A DNA stretch of 64,000 nucleotides from a virus. Positions within the stretch are counted from its first letter, which is position 1. Each line of letters begins with the position of its first letter. Both the position numbers and the translations under genes were made by a program. The DNA lies in IMG/VR virus record IMGVR_UViG_3300034093_003283. One strand, given 5' to 3'. Of this stretch, positions 43,180 through 53,653 are shown in pieces. Under the pieces are notes generated by a model. That model did no database searches, had not been told where the DNA came from, and saw only the letters and a program-made list of their open reading frames with translations.

Positions 43180-44964
43180 ATGGAATATATGGGTGTCAAA
43201 ATAGACTTGGAAAAAGATAAACTATTTGATGAATTGGGAATAAAACGATTACAAGAATCGTACATGAAAGATGATGAAACCTCACCACAACAAAGATTTG
43301 CGTTTGTATCAAAAAGTTTTGGAAGTAATCCTGAACATGCTCAGCGCCTTTACGATTACGCCTCTAATCATTGGCTCAGTTATTCTACTCCAATTCTTTC
43401 TTTTGGTCGTTCTAAGCGTGGGATGCCTATTTCGTGTTTCCTTAACTACATTGAAGATACTGCGGAGGGTCTAGTTGAAAACTTATCTGAAACCAATTGG
43501 CTTAGTATGTACGGCGGCGGAGTGGGTATTGGCTTCGGCATTAGGTCTGCTGATGACAAGTCTACTGGTGTTATGCCTCACCTTAAAATTTATGATGCAT
43601 CTTCTTTGGCTTATCGTCAAGGCCGGACTCGCCGTGGTTCTTATGCCGCTTATCTTGACATATCTCACCCTGATATTATTCCGTTCCTAGAAATGCGTAA
43701 ACCAACAGGTGACCAAAATGTACGTTGCCTGAATTTACATCATGGTATTAATATCACCGATGACTTCATGTCACTTATTGAAAAATGTATGTTGGATCCA
43801 GAAGCAGACGATAGTTGGCAATTGAGAGATCCACACTCTGGTGAAGCGAGAGAAGTGGTCTCTGCAAAACATCTTTGGCAACAGATTCTTGAAATGCGTA
43901 TGCACACCGGTGAACCATACATTCACTATATTGATACAAGCAATAGAATGTTGCCACAGTTTCTAAAAGACAAAGGATTGAAAGTGCATCAATCAAATCT
44001 TTGTTCAGAAATTATTTTACCAACTAATGAACAACGTACCGCAGTGTGTTGTTTGTCCTCTTTAAATTTGGAACACTATGATGAATGGAAAGACCATCCT
44101 ACTTTTCTTCGTGATGTTGCTGAAATGCTTGACAATGTTCTTCAGTATTTTATCGATAATGCTCCTTCCACCATTCAGCGTGCAAAGTATTCTGCCAGTC
44201 GTGAGCGCAGCATTGGTGTCGGTGCTTTGGGTTTCCATGCTTATCTACAACGGAAGGGTGTCGCTTTTGAAGGTGTAATGGCCAAAGTCACAAACAATCA
44301 AATGTTCAAACAAATTAGAAGGGGATTAGATGAAGCTAATATCAGTTTGGGAAAAGAACGTGGCGAAGCTCCAGATGCTGTTGGCAGCGGTCAACGTTTC
44401 AGTCATCTTATGGCTATTGCTCCAAATGCTTCTTCGTCTATCATTATGGGAAATACTAGCCCTAGTATCGAACCTTATCGTGCTAATGCTTATCGTCAGG
44501 ACACGTTATCTGGCGCATTTCTAAACAAGAATCGTTGGCTAGATATAATCATCAAAGGTCTAACACAAACAGAGGAAGAATATAATGATATTTGGTCATC
44601 AATTATTGCAAATGATGGTTCAGTTCAACATTTGAATATTCTTGATGAAAATCAAAAAGCAGTATTCAAAACATCCATGGAAATTGACCAACGTTGGGTG
44701 ATTGAATTAGCTGCTGACCGACAAATGTACATCGATCAAGCACAATCGTTGAATTTGTTCTTCCGTCCAGATGCACACATCAAGTACATTCATGCAATAC
44801 ACTTCATGGCATGGAAGAAGGGTGTGAAAACACTTTACTACTGCCGTTCAGAGAAATTGGCCAAGGCAGACAAAGTATCCAAGAAAATTGAACGACAAGT
44901 TATCAAAGAACTGGATATGATTCAAGTAGCACAAGGAAATGACTGTATAGCCTGTGAGGGTTGA
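43180..44964 (+). CDS. nrdA: class I ribonucleotide reductase alpha subunit
   Basis: PISCF, SNLCSEI, APNASSS, TLYY, C-terminal CIAC; no ATP cone. Confidence 0.96.
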   Translation: MEYMGVKIDLEKDKLFDELGIKRLQESYMKDDETSPQQRFAFVSKSFGSNPEHAQRLYDYASNHWLSYSTPILSFGRSKRGMPISCFLNYIEDTAEGLVENLSETNWLSMYGGGVGIGFGIRSADDKSTGVMPHLKIYDASSLAYRQGRTRRGSYAAYLDISHPDIIPFLEMRKPTGDQNVRCLNLHHGINITDDFMSLIEKCMLDPEADDSWQLRDPHSGEAREVVSAKHLWQQILEMRMHTGEPYIHYIDTSNRMLPQFLKDKGLKVHQSNLCSEIILPTNEQRTAVCCLSSLNLEHYDEWKDHPTFLRDVAEMLDNVLQYFIDNAPSTIQRAKYSASRERSIGVGALGFHAYLQRKGVAFEGVMAKVTNNQMFKQIRRGLDEANISLGKERGEAPDAVGSGQRFSHLMAIAPNASSSIIMGNTSPSIEPYRANAYRQDTLSGAFLNKNRWLDIIIKGLTQTEEEYNDIWSSIIANDGSVQHLNILDENQKAVFKTSMEIDQRWVIELAADRQMYIDQAQSLNLFFRPDAHIKYIHAIHFMAWKKGVKTLYYCRSEKLAKADKVSKKIERQVIKELDMIQVAQGNDCIACEG

Positions 44965-45603
44965 ATGAAACCCACTATAGCATTGTTTATACATGATCCA
45001 AAGTGCTCAGTGCAAAGTGGTAATGGAATTATCAAAGCCTTAAATTCAAAGTACGAATTCAAAATATTTTCAAAGAATGAGTTGGAAGATGATTTCTTTG
45101 ATGATGTACAAATGATTGCAGTACCGGGTGGCTTTGGTGATTCCGATTCATATGATAGATTATTTAATTACAATGCATATCGTGTGAAAGAATTTGTAAA
45201 GAATGGTGGTCACTATCTTGGTATTTGCATGGGTGCATATTGGGCAGGTAAACACTATCTCGATATTCTAGGTGTTGTAAAAGTTGAACAATATATAAAA
45301 AGACCAAACACAGATACAAGGCGACCACATGCAAAGAATATGCCAATCGTATGGAATGGCATAGATGATAACATGTTCTTTTATGACGGCTGTGCATTTG
45401 GACCAGGTCAGTATGAGATTGTTGCAAAGTATATGAATGATGATCCGATGGCTATCATAAAAGGTAGAATTGGTCTTATTGGTTGTCATCCCGAAAGTCA
45501 ACCGCATTGGTATGAGAGTTACAGTTGGATGAAAGGCAAGTATCATAATGGTAGACACCACACACAACTGTTGGAATTTGTAGATAAATTAATGAAAAAA
45601 TAA
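44965..45603 (+). CDS. class I glutamine amidotransferase-like (BPL_N-like) protein
   Basis: VPGG, GICMGAY, HPE. Confidence 0.8.
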   Translation: MKPTIALFIHDPKCSVQSGNGIIKALNSKYEFKIFSKNELEDDFFDDVQMIAVPGGFGDSDSYDRLFNYNAYRVKEFVKNGGHYLGICMGAYWAGKHYLDILGVVKVEQYIKRPNTDTRRPHAKNMPIVWNGIDDNMFFYDGCAFGPGQYEIVAKYMNDDPMAIIKGRIGLIGCHPESQPHWYESYSWMKGKYHNGRHHTQLLEFVDKLMKK

Positions 45604-45614
45604 TAAAGGAAAAA

Positions 45615-46055
45615 ATGAAAAAAATAATTATAGGCGTAATAGCCATGTTATCAATTGTAGCCTTTGCACAAGGCAAACAAAAGGATGGTGTCATCTATGA
45701 TGCAGTTATCACCAGAGTTATTGATGGTGATACTGTAGCATTTCAAGCACCATTTCTACCTGCACCATTGAAGCAGGAACTATCTATTCGTGTGTTCGGT
45801 GTTGATACACCAGAAAAAGGACATAGAGCCCAATGCCCAAGCGAGGATCAAAGAGGACAGGCTGCATCCGCATTTACTAAGTCACAAATAAATGCTGCTG
45901 TCAAACGTCAGGTCATTCTAATGGATTGGGACAAATATGGCGGCCGTGTGTTGGGTGATGTTATTCTTGATGGTAAGAGTTTGCGTCAGATGTTAATATC
46001 AAATGGTTATGCCCGTGAGTATTACGGTGAAGCCAAACAAAGCTGGTGCAATTGA
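45615..46055 (+). CDS. secreted thermonuclease (SNase-like)
   Basis: Signal peptide; VIDGDT, GVDTPE, DKYGGR. Confidence 0.9.
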   Translation: MKKIIIGVIAMLSIVAFAQGKQKDGVIYDAVITRVIDGDTVAFQAPFLPAPLKQELSIRVFGVDTPEKGHRAQCPSEDQRGQAASAFTKSQINAAVKRQVILMDWDKYGGRVLGDVILDGKSLRQMLISNGYAREYYGEAKQSWCN

Positions 46056-46056
46056 T

Positions 46057-46302
46057 ATGAGAATTTTAAGATTTACAGCATCATGGTGTGGTCCATGCAA
46101 ATTATTGGCAAAGAATTTGGAAGAAGCCGACATTAGTATACCAATTGAAGTTGTTGATGTTGATGTTCATTCCGATGTTGCAGTAGAATACGGCATTCGT
46201 GGTGTACCAACATTAATTTTATTAGATGAAAATGATAATATATCTAAAAGACTTGTTGGTAATAAAACAGTTTCAGAATTAAGGGAATGGATCAATGATT
46301 AA
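46057..46302 (+). CDS. thioredoxin
   Basis: WCGPC, GVPT. Confidence 0.92.
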   Translation: MRILRFTASWCGPCKLLAKNLEEADISIPIEVVDVDVHSDVAVEYGIRGVPTLILLDENDNISKRLVGNKTVSELREWIND

Positions 46303-47287
46303 GAAAACCGCAACCAGATTAACAGATGAAAGAAATAGTTTTAAACCTTTCAACTATCCATGGGCTTATGATGCATGGTTGAAACATGAACAGTCACATT
46401 GGTTACACACAGAGGTACCAATGGCTGAAGATGTGAAAGATTGGAAGAAAAAACTATCAACAGAAGAAAAGCAATTTCTAACACACATCTTCCGATTCTT
46501 TACACAAGGTGATATTGATGTGGCTGGTGGGTATGTTAAAAATTATCTGCCGTATTTTCCACAACCAGAAGTTCGTATGATGTTGATGGGTTTCGCTGCA
46601 AGAGAAGCACTTCATGTGGCCGCATATAGTCATTTAATTGAAACACTTGGACTACCAGAAACAACATACAACCAATTCTTAGATTATCAGGAGATGAAAG
46701 ATAAACACGATTATGTTTTGGATATCTCTAATACGAATGGTGACCTCTCTAGTACTGCTACTCACATTGCTGTTTTTTCCGCTTTTACCGAAGGTATGCA
46801 GCTTTTTAGTTCTTTTATCATGTTGCTTAATTTTCCACGCCACGGTAAAATGAAAGGTATGGGACAGATTGTTACTTGGTCTATTGTTGATGAAACAATG
46901 CACGCTGAATCAATGATTAAATTGTTCCGTACATACATTGAAGAAAATAAAGAAATCTGGAATGATGAACTTAAAGGTAAGATATATACAATTGCTGAGA
47001 AGATGGTTCAATTAGAAGATAAGTTTATTGATTTAGCATTTAGTATGCAAGCTATAGAAGGTCTAACCAATGCTGATGTTAAACAATACATTCGTTATAT
47101 TGCTGACCGTAGACTTATTAGTCTTGGCCTAAAAGGCATCTTTAAAGTGAAGAAGAACCCATTACCTTGGGTTGAAGAAATGATTAATGCACCAACACAT
47201 ACCAATTTCTTTGAGAATCGTGCTACTGACTATGCTAAGGGTGCGTTGTCGGGTAATTGGGGTGATGTTTGGGCTAAAGCAGCTTAA
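46295..47287 (+). CDS. nrdB: ribonucleotide reductase beta subunit
   Basis: EALH, EGMQLFSSF, DETMH, NFFENR. Confidence 0.96.
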   Translation: MIKKTATRLTDERNSFKPFNYPWAYDAWLKHEQSHWLHTEVPMAEDVKDWKKKLSTEEKQFLTHIFRFFTQGDIDVAGGYVKNYLPYFPQPEVRMMLMGFAAREALHVAAYSHLIETLGLPETTYNQFLDYQEMKDKHDYVLDISNTNGDLSSTATHIAVFSAFTEGMQLFSSFIMLLNFPRHGKMKGMGQIVTWSIVDETMHAESMIKLFRTYIEENKEIWNDELKGKIYTIAEKMVQLEDKFIDLAFSMQAIEGLTNADVKQYIRYIADRRLISLGLKGIFKVKKNPLPWVEEMINAPTHTNFFENRATDYAKGALSGNWGDVWAKAA

Positions 47288-47296
47288 AGGAAGAAA

Positions 47297-47485
47297 ATGG
47301 GAACAAAAACAATAACAGCAGAATGTTTAAACTGTGAATCGAGCTATGATATGATTTATATGGAAGAATTAGTATCGGAAGAATATCCGGAGTTTTGCCC
47401 ATTTTGTGGTGAGACAATAGAATCATTAACCGAAGAAGAAGAAGATAATGAAGATGATGATTCCGATGAAGACAAATGGGAATAA
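47297..47485 (+). CDS. zinc-ribbon protein
   Basis: CLNC...CPFC, acidic tail. Confidence 0.75.
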   Translation: MGTKTITAECLNCESSYDMIYMEELVSEEYPEFCPFCGETIESLTEEEEDNEDDDSDEDKWE

Positions 47486-47889
47486 ACTGGACACATAAAA
47501 GTGAAGATTTTACAGAAGATTTAATTGGTGACAATTACGGTTTTGTGTATATTATAACAAATCAAGTTACCAATAAAAAATACATTGGTAAGAAATTCTT
47601 TTATTCATCAAGAACAAAACAAGTAAAGGGTAAGAAGAAAAAATTCAAAGTTTCTTCGGACTGGCAAACTTACTATGGTAGCAATGAGGAATTGAAAAAA
47701 GATGTTATAATGCATGGCCAAGATTTGTTTAGCCGAGAAATCATACATCTGTGCAAAAGTAAAGGTGAATGTGGTTATCTTGAAGCTAAAGAACAATTTG
47801 TTCACGGTGCTTTAGAAACAGATAACTATTACAATTCTTGGATTATGGTAAGAGTAAGAAAGTCACACATTAAAGGTTTGCAATGTTAG
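47476..47889 (+). CDS. denA: GIY-YIG endonuclease (T4 endonuclease II-like)
   Basis: GFVY...YIGKK, YYGS, YYNSWI. Confidence 0.8.
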   Translation: MGINWTHKSEDFTEDLIGDNYGFVYIITNQVTNKKYIGKKFFYSSRTKQVKGKKKKFKVSSDWQTYYGSNEELKKDVIMHGQDLFSREIIHLCKSKGECGYLEAKEQFVHGALETDNYYNSWIMVRVRKSHIKGLQC

Positions 47890-48221
47890 AGTACTTGAAA
47901 GATATTGAGGAATATGATGCTTTGTTTTTCATGCCTCATCCAGATGTGGACATACACATCCAATCAAATAGATACAAAAATCCTGGAACACCAATAGATG
48001 TTAGCTCTATTGGACCAAGTTGGCACGTTTTGTTGTTTACCTGCAACGAAGATACCGACACACTGGAAAACTTGGATGCATTTGATGCCGTACTGAGTGA
48101 TCCTAGAGAGTATATCTCAACATTAATACCACAAGGTTGGTTTGGTATAGTTGCCAAAAAAACAACCACATCCAATTCTTTTATGTCTGATGCGCTTGAC
48201 AAAATTAAGAGTTTGATGTAA
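47883..48221 (+). CDS. hypothetical protein
   Basis: Coupled ORF. Confidence 0.6.
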   Translation: MLEYLKDIEEYDALFFMPHPDVDIHIQSNRYKNPGTPIDVSSIGPSWHVLLFTCNEDTDTLENLDAFDAVLSDPREYISTLIPQGWFGIVAKKTTTSNSFMSDALDKIKSLM

Positions 48222-48250
48222 AATAGAATCTTTGAAACTGAAAGTATACT

Positions 48251-49114
48251 ATGATTCTTGTTGACCTTAACCAGGTATTGTTGGCTGGACTGATGGCACA
48301 AATTGCCAGTCAAAAGGGTGTTAAATTAGAAGAAGGTCTTATCAGACATATGGTCCTGAACATCATCAGGACGCACCTAAAGAACTTCCGTAAAGAATAT
48401 GGTGAAGTTGTACTCTGTAGTGACAACCGCAAATACTGGCGCAAGGAGTTCTTTCCTTTCTACAAGGCCGGCCGCAAGAAAACAAGAGAAAAATCAGACC
48501 TTGATTGGCACATGATTTTTGACATGCTTGCAAAATTCAAACAAGAGTTGCGTGACAATTTCCCCTACAAAGTTGTTGATGTTGAGGGAGCAGAAGCGGA
48601 TGATATCATTGGTACACTTGTACCTCGCCATATCATGCACGAAAACCTCCTAATCATTTCAAGTGATGGTGATTTTCTACAATTACAGATGTATAATGGT
48701 AGAAGTGAATTTACTGTCAAGCAATATAATCCTGCACAAAAGAAATTTCTCATTTCGGAAAATCCAATAGCCGAATTGAAAGAAAAAATCATCCGTGGAG
48801 ATAAAGGTGACGGCATACCGAATGTGTTATCAGTATCGGATTGTTTTGTACGTGATATTCGTCAAACACCAATCAACAAAGGTAAACTTGATAAATTGAT
48901 GGAAAAAGATTATGGTCTATGGGAAGACGAAAATGCTAGAATTGGTTTTTCTCGCAACCAGACACTCATCGACCTCAGAAATATACCAGGCGATATCAAA
49001 GAGAAAATCATAAATACTTATGAAGAAACTAAACCAGCACCCAAAGGTAAAATTTTGGATTATTTAATTGCCAACAAACTGAAAAGTTTAATTGATGTTA
49101 TTGAGGAATTTTAA
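48251..49114 (+). CDS. rnh: T4 RNase H / 5'-3' exonuclease
   Basis: YWRK, YKAGR, EADD, SSDGDF, GDKGDGIPN. Confidence 0.95.
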   Translation: MILVDLNQVLLAGLMAQIASQKGVKLEEGLIRHMVLNIIRTHLKNFRKEYGEVVLCSDNRKYWRKEFFPFYKAGRKKTREKSDLDWHMIFDMLAKFKQELRDNFPYKVVDVEGAEADDIIGTLVPRHIMHENLLIISSDGDFLQLQMYNGRSEFTVKQYNPAQKKFLISENPIAELKEKIIRGDKGDGIPNVLSVSDCFVRDIRQTPINKGKLDKLMEKDYGLWEDENARIGFSRNQTLIDLRNIPGDIKEKIINTYEETKPAPKGKILDYLIANKLKSLIDVIEEF

Positions 49115-49539
49115 TGAAACCGTTGTATGAAATATTTGACGCAATTGATGATGCTCAAAGTAGAAAAGAGAGAATGGACATAATTAGCCAAAATTTGTCA
49201 CAACCACTAGTTGATGTTTTCAAGTTAACATATCATCCAGATTTTCAATGGAAGATAAAAGAAATACCTGAAAATTATAAAGTGCCAACTGATATGTTAC
49301 CTGGTATCACGCATGATAGTCTAGCACACCAGCTGCGTAGATTGTATATGTTTCAAGAAGGCAATCCAATGGCCGAAACATTGACAGATAGAAGAAGAAA
49401 TGAACTACTGATTCAAATGTTGGAATCAATCGAACCAAGAGAAGCGGAAATCTTATTGGGTATATTCCAAAAAGATTTGGGAGTAAAAGGTATTAACTAT
49501 AAATTTGTAAAAGAGGCATTTCCAGACCTTCTACCATAA
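49114..49539 (+). CDS. conserved T4-like hypothetical protein
   Basis: IQMLESIEPREAEIL, VKEAFP. Confidence 0.75.
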   Translation: MKPLYEIFDAIDDAQSRKERMDIISQNLSQPLVDVFKLTYHPDFQWKIKEIPENYKVPTDMLPGITHDSLAHQLRRLYMFQEGNPMAETLTDRRRNELLIQMLESIEPREAEILLGIFQKDLGVKGINYKFVKEAFPDLLP

Positions 49540-49907
49540 TGGACAGAGAAAAAATAATTGTCATATCCGGTGAATTTGATCCTCCTTCTTATAATGAATT
49601 TAAATTATTAAAAAAATGCAAGTCAATGTGTGATTGGCTTGTTGTTGGCGTACATTCTGATGCTTACATGAAGTTACTCAGAAATGGCTATAAAAACACA
49701 CTCGACCAAAGGAAAGAAGTAGTAGGAAGTTTTCCATTTGTTGATGAAGTGTTCTCATATAATGATAAAGATGGAACATCATGCAATTTGTTGAAATTAA
49801 TAAAAATATGTTACCCAATGTCGAATATAATCTATGTGTCGCAAACAGACATAACAAATATGCCAGAATCTCGTATTCGTGGCATAACCTTTGAGACTAT
49901 TAAATAA
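49539..49907 (+). CDS. cytidylyltransferase-like protein with a degenerate HxGH motif
   Basis: SGEFDPP, LVVGVHSD, VDEV. Confidence 0.7.
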   Translation: MDREKIIVISGEFDPPSYNEFKLLKKCKSMCDWLVVGVHSDAYMKLLRNGYKNTLDQRKEVVGSFPFVDEVFSYNDKDGTSCNLLKLIKICYPMSNIIYVSQTDITNMPESRIRGITFETIK

Positions 49908-49921
49908 GGAGTTAAATTAAA

Positions 49922-50107
49922 GTGTCAAAATTTTCCGGTAAGTTTCGCAATTACGATGATGATGAAAATGCAAATTTTCAACCAAGAAAAAAGAAAAGGG
50001 ATCAACAAAAAACCACAAGAAGTAAATCTAATTATGATGATTATGATTATTTCATGGGTAATGAGGACTATCAAAAATCTGGTAGAAGAAAAGCAAAACA
50101 ATTCTAG
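49922..50107 (+). CDS. small charged hypothetical protein
   Basis: AGGAG RBS, GTG start. Confidence 0.6.
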   Translation: MSKFSGKFRNYDDDENANFQPRKKKRDQQKTTRSKSNYDDYDYFMGNEDYQKSGRRKAKQF

Positions 50108-50159
50108 TGTTGTTTTTGTGCAACACACATATTGACAAATACCTTGAATAGTGTATAAT
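50108..50159 (+). promoter_or_regulatory. TGTTG-N8-CAACA site and sigma70 promoter
   Basis: Palindrome 50108-50125; TTGACA at 50132; TATAAT. Confidence 0.7.
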
Positions 50160-50183
50160 ACACTTATTCGTTGGAGAAATTTT

Positions 50184-50519
50184 ATGATGTTCTATGTACG
50201 TTCACCTAAGTCCAAGGCCAAAAAAGTGCCTAAGGCTAAGCTCGAGCAATACGAAAAATGGTTGGAATCACACCAACCAACAAAACCACTTAAAATCCAA
50301 AAAACCAACAATACATTGTCTTATAAGCTGTCAACACCTGTTGGCCGTGAAACCAAGCAATACAAATCGTTAAATACTGGTGAAGTTGGTGCAACCAAAG
50401 CTGATCCAAAGGTTTATACTGGCACAAACATGCTGGGTATTGCAACAATGCATAAATCCAACGCTGTTCCCGTGTTTAACACTGAAGCAGCTGTTGAAAT
50501 TTCAAACATGAGGCGCTAA
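50184..50519 (+). CDS. conserved hypothetical protein
   Basis: YTGTNMLGIATMHKSNAVPV. Confidence 0.75.
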   Translation: MMFYVRSPKSKAKKVPKAKLEQYEKWLESHQPTKPLKIQKTNNTLSYKLSTPVGRETKQYKSLNTGEVGATKADPKVYTGTNMLGIATMHKSNAVPVFNTEAAVEISNMRR

Positions 50520-50808
50520 AATGAGTAAAAAACTGAGTTTTGTTGTAAAATTGCAACGACCGGTGTGTCGAACACCAATCAAGCCTGTGCAAGCGCATAA
50601 AAATGTCGCAAAATACAGTCGTAAAAATGATAAAAAGACAATTTTGTCGCAAATCACTGAGCTAGGAGCATAAAATGTCGCAAATCACTGAGCCAAAACA
50701 AGAACCGATTGAATGGCAACCTTTGGATAAAGTTGTACGTGAGTGGGCAGTCATGTCCCAATTCGAAAATGACCAAGATTGGTACAATAAACTGAAGGAA
50801 CAGTGCGA

Positions 50809-51009
50809 ATGAGCAAAATTTACAACTACGAAGAAATTTTCGAAGAAATACCTGGCGATCCTGACAACATTTTGCTAAAATTTCCACCGGAAATGTTGGA
50901 ACAAACCGGTTGGAAAGAAGGCGACACTATAAACATTAAAATTGTTAACGGAAGTTTACATATTTCAAAAAATGATGTTGCAGAAAAACAACTCAGCCTT
51001 GATTTTTGA
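50809..51009 (+). CDS. AbrB/MazE-like DNA-binding protein
   Basis: LKFPPEMLEQTGWKEGDTI. Confidence 0.65.
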   Translation: MSKIYNYEEIFEEIPGDPDNILLKFPPEMLEQTGWKEGDTINIKIVNGSLHISKNDVAEKQLSLDF

Positions 51010-51050
51010 TTGATAGTGTGATATAATAGAGTTATCACACAGGAGTTTTC

Positions 51051-53147
51051 ATGGAATTGATTGAATCTAAATCGTTGCTGGCCAAATTGATGGCTACAGA
51101 GAATCTAACGATTGAACAGCGCCCGGTACAAACAGCATCCTTTGATGTTCGTAATCGTGTTTTGGTTGTACCCATCCTCGACAAGAATATTTCAAATGAA
51201 ATTTATGATTTATTCATGGGACACGAAGTTGGTCATGCTCTTTACACTCCGATGGAGGGTATGCTTAAAGTAAGAAAGCTAAAATTAAATAGTGATGTTG
51301 CCAATGTGGTTGAAGATTCCCGCATTGAACGCAAAATCAAATACAAATATCCTGGCCTCAAAAATTCTTTTGCAAGAGCTTATAAAGAGCTCTTTGAAAA
51401 AGATTTCTTTGGTGTTAAAGATTCTGACCTAAACAAATTAAATTTACTTGATAGGATTAACCTTCACTGCAAAGGCGGAGCTGGATTGCGTATTCAGTTT
51501 AATGATATTGAACGTGGTCTGGTTGGAGAAGTTGAAACAACTGAAACCTATGATGAAGTAATTAAAGTAACCAAGAAAATTATCGATTACATGAAAATGC
51601 AAATCGAAGAAGAAGAAAAACTAAGAATCAAATCAGATGAAGATGGTGATGAATATGATGATGAATCTGATATGTCAGAGGAAGAAATGGGCTTTGGTTC
51701 CGACTATGATGAGGACTATGAAGATTTCGATGGCAATAGTGAATCTGAGGTAAACGTAAACGAAGACGGAGAACAAGTACCAGCTTCTGGTTCAAAATCC
51801 GGAAAAAGTTTGGATGAAAAACTTGAAGAAAAAATCAAGTCACATACTAGTGAAGCATTTCGCCAAAACGAAAAGAAGTTATTTGAATCTAAACCTGGAA
51901 CTTATGCATACGTAAATGTTCCACAATTAGATACAAAATATATTTTTGACCATAAAGAATTGTGGAAAAAATACAAAGAAGAGGACCATAAGGTTTGCAC
52001 AGAATCTTATATAAAAATTCGAAATGAAAGTAACAAAGTTGTTTCTTATCTTGTTAAAGAATTTGAAATGCGTAAGAACGCAGACCAGTTAAAACGTGCT
52101 TCTGTTGCAAAGACTGGTGACTTGAATATGAAGAAAATCTTTTCATATCAATTCAACGAAGATATCTTCAAAAAGATTACAGTTGTACCTGGTGGAAAAT
52201 CTCATGGTCTTGTGATGTTCCTTGACTGGTCAGGTTCAATGGTTGAACACATTGGTAATACTGTTAAACAGTTAATTAATCTTGTGTTGTTTTGCAAGAA
52301 GGTTAATATACCATATGAAGTATATGCTTTTATTGAAGATTCTGCTGGTAAGCATTACGTAAGACAAAAAGCTGTAAAAGGAGACCTCTATTTGAGAGGT
52401 TTTGGATTATGCAATTTGTTGTCTAGTAGAATGTCTAGTTCGGAATTTACTTATGCAGCTTCTGGTCTTGTGTATATGTCAGGGCTTTCGAAAAATTATA
52501 ATAGACCTGGCCACACTCCACATTGGTTGAGTTTATCTGGAACACCATTGAATGAAGCAATCATTTATTCAATGACAATTGTTCCAGAGTTCCAGAAAAA
52601 ATATAAATTGCAAATTGTTAACACAATCTTTTTGACAGATGGTGAAGGACACAATTTGCGTGAAGTGTATGATGATAATGGTTATGATTATATGATGCCG
52701 AAAGCCATCAAAGCAGAAACTTTGGTTATTCGTGATCCAATCACCAAGAACCAGGAATCTGTTGACCTAAAATCTTATGCATATGATGCACAATCTAAAG
52801 CATTGATAAAATTGTTAAGAGCTAGAACCAACTCTAATGTAATTGGTTTCTATATTATCAGTGGTCGTGATTTTGGCCGCAAAGTGCAACAATGGTTCCC
52901 GAAACAAAATAACCACGAATCATTAAAATCAGATTTCCGTAAAAACAAATTTATGGTACTACAGAATAGTGGGTATGATGAATATTATATTCTCCGTTCT
53001 GGCGGCCTAGATACGGAAGAAGATGCAACTTTTGAGGTTAAAGAAAATTCTACAATCAAAGGAATTGCATCCGCTTTTGCGAAACACAATGTTAACCGAA
53101 TTGGTAGCCGTGTGGTATTAAATCGCTTCATTAAACTAGTAGCTTAA
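51051..53147 (+). CDS. metallopeptidase-like plus vWA domain protein (CobT-like)
   Basis: HEVGH, NVVEDSRIE, acidic linker, DWSGS MIDAS, GTPL, LTDG. Confidence 0.85.
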   Translation: MELIESKSLLAKLMATENLTIEQRPVQTASFDVRNRVLVVPILDKNISNEIYDLFMGHEVGHALYTPMEGMLKVRKLKLNSDVANVVEDSRIERKIKYKYPGLKNSFARAYKELFEKDFFGVKDSDLNKLNLLDRINLHCKGGAGLRIQFNDIERGLVGEVETTETYDEVIKVTKKIIDYMKMQIEEEEKLRIKSDEDGDEYDDESDMSEEEMGFGSDYDEDYEDFDGNSESEVNVNEDGEQVPASGSKSGKSLDEKLEEKIKSHTSEAFRQNEKKLFESKPGTYAYVNVPQLDTKYIFDHKELWKKYKEEDHKVCTESYIKIRNESNKVVSYLVKEFEMRKNADQLKRASVAKTGDLNMKKIFSYQFNEDIFKKITVVPGGKSHGLVMFLDWSGSMVEHIGNTVKQLINLVLFCKKVNIPYEVYAFIEDSAGKHYVRQKAVKGDLYLRGFGLCNLLSSRMSSSEFTYAASGLVYMSGLSKNYNRPGHTPHWLSLSGTPLNEAIIYSMTIVPEFQKKYKLQIVNTIFLTDGEGHNLREVYDDNGYDYMMPKAIKAETLVIRDPITKNQESVDLKSYAYDAQSKALIKLLRARTNSNVIGFYIISGRDFGRKVQQWFPKQNNHESLKSDFRKNKFMVLQNSGYDEYYILRSGGLDTEEDATFEVKENSTIKGIASAFAKHNVNRIGSRVVLNRFIKLVA

Positions 53148-53158
53148 AAGGAATTAAA

Positions 53159-53377
53159 ATGACTATGTATTCAGAATTTGTTAACGTTGACAGAAAAGCA
53201 ACACTCACTCGTTTAGACCAAGGTCTTATGACACAGTGGGTTGTTGAAATGTATATTGATAAAAGAGTTATTCAAAAGGTAACATTGGGTGACCAACAAA
53301 AGGCCAAATCTTTGGCAGAAAATTTTGTTCGTAATGACGGTCAAGCAGTACAAACATTGCTCAGTGAATTTGTATGA
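53159..53377 (+). CDS. hypothetical protein
   Basis: AAGGA RBS. Confidence 0.6.
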   Translation: MTMYSEFVNVDRKATLTRLDQGLMTQWVVEMYIDKRVIQKVTLGDQQKAKSLAENFVRNDGQAVQTLLSEFV

Positions 53378-53652
53378 AAATTGACAAGCAGACTAAAGAG
53401 GTTTTATGTATTGCACAGGAAGAATGTGCCGAAGTCACACAAGCCATTTCAAAAATATTCCGATTTGGCTTTGATTCGGTACATCCTGTAACCAATAAGA
53501 CGAACCAACAAAGTCTGGAGGAAGAAGTCGGTGATTTACTGGCGATGGTTGACATTATGATAGAAAAGTGTATAATATCAGATTCTAATGTTAATGCAGC
53601 CAGACAGGCAAAAAAAGAGAAACTTAAAATTTGGTCAAGTATCGAGGTGTAA
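53374..53652 (+). CDS. MazG-like protein
   Basis: EECAEV, RFG, EEVGD. Confidence 0.75.
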   Translation: MKIDKQTKEVLCIAQEECAEVTQAISKIFRFGFDSVHPVTNKTNQQSLEEEVGDLLAMVDIMIEKCIISDSNVNAARQAKKEKLKIWSSIEV

Positions 53653-53653
53653 A

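Noticed and set aside
14878-47287. Introns or inteins in gp43, gp41, nrdA, nrdB or thyX
   Set aside because: All are continuous ORFs of ordinary length with no splicing motifs seen.
50595-50693. Direct repeat TGTCGCAAATCACTGAGC as an attachment or operator site
   Set aside because: It is best explained as a local duplication of a small gene start (LSQITE / MSQITE).
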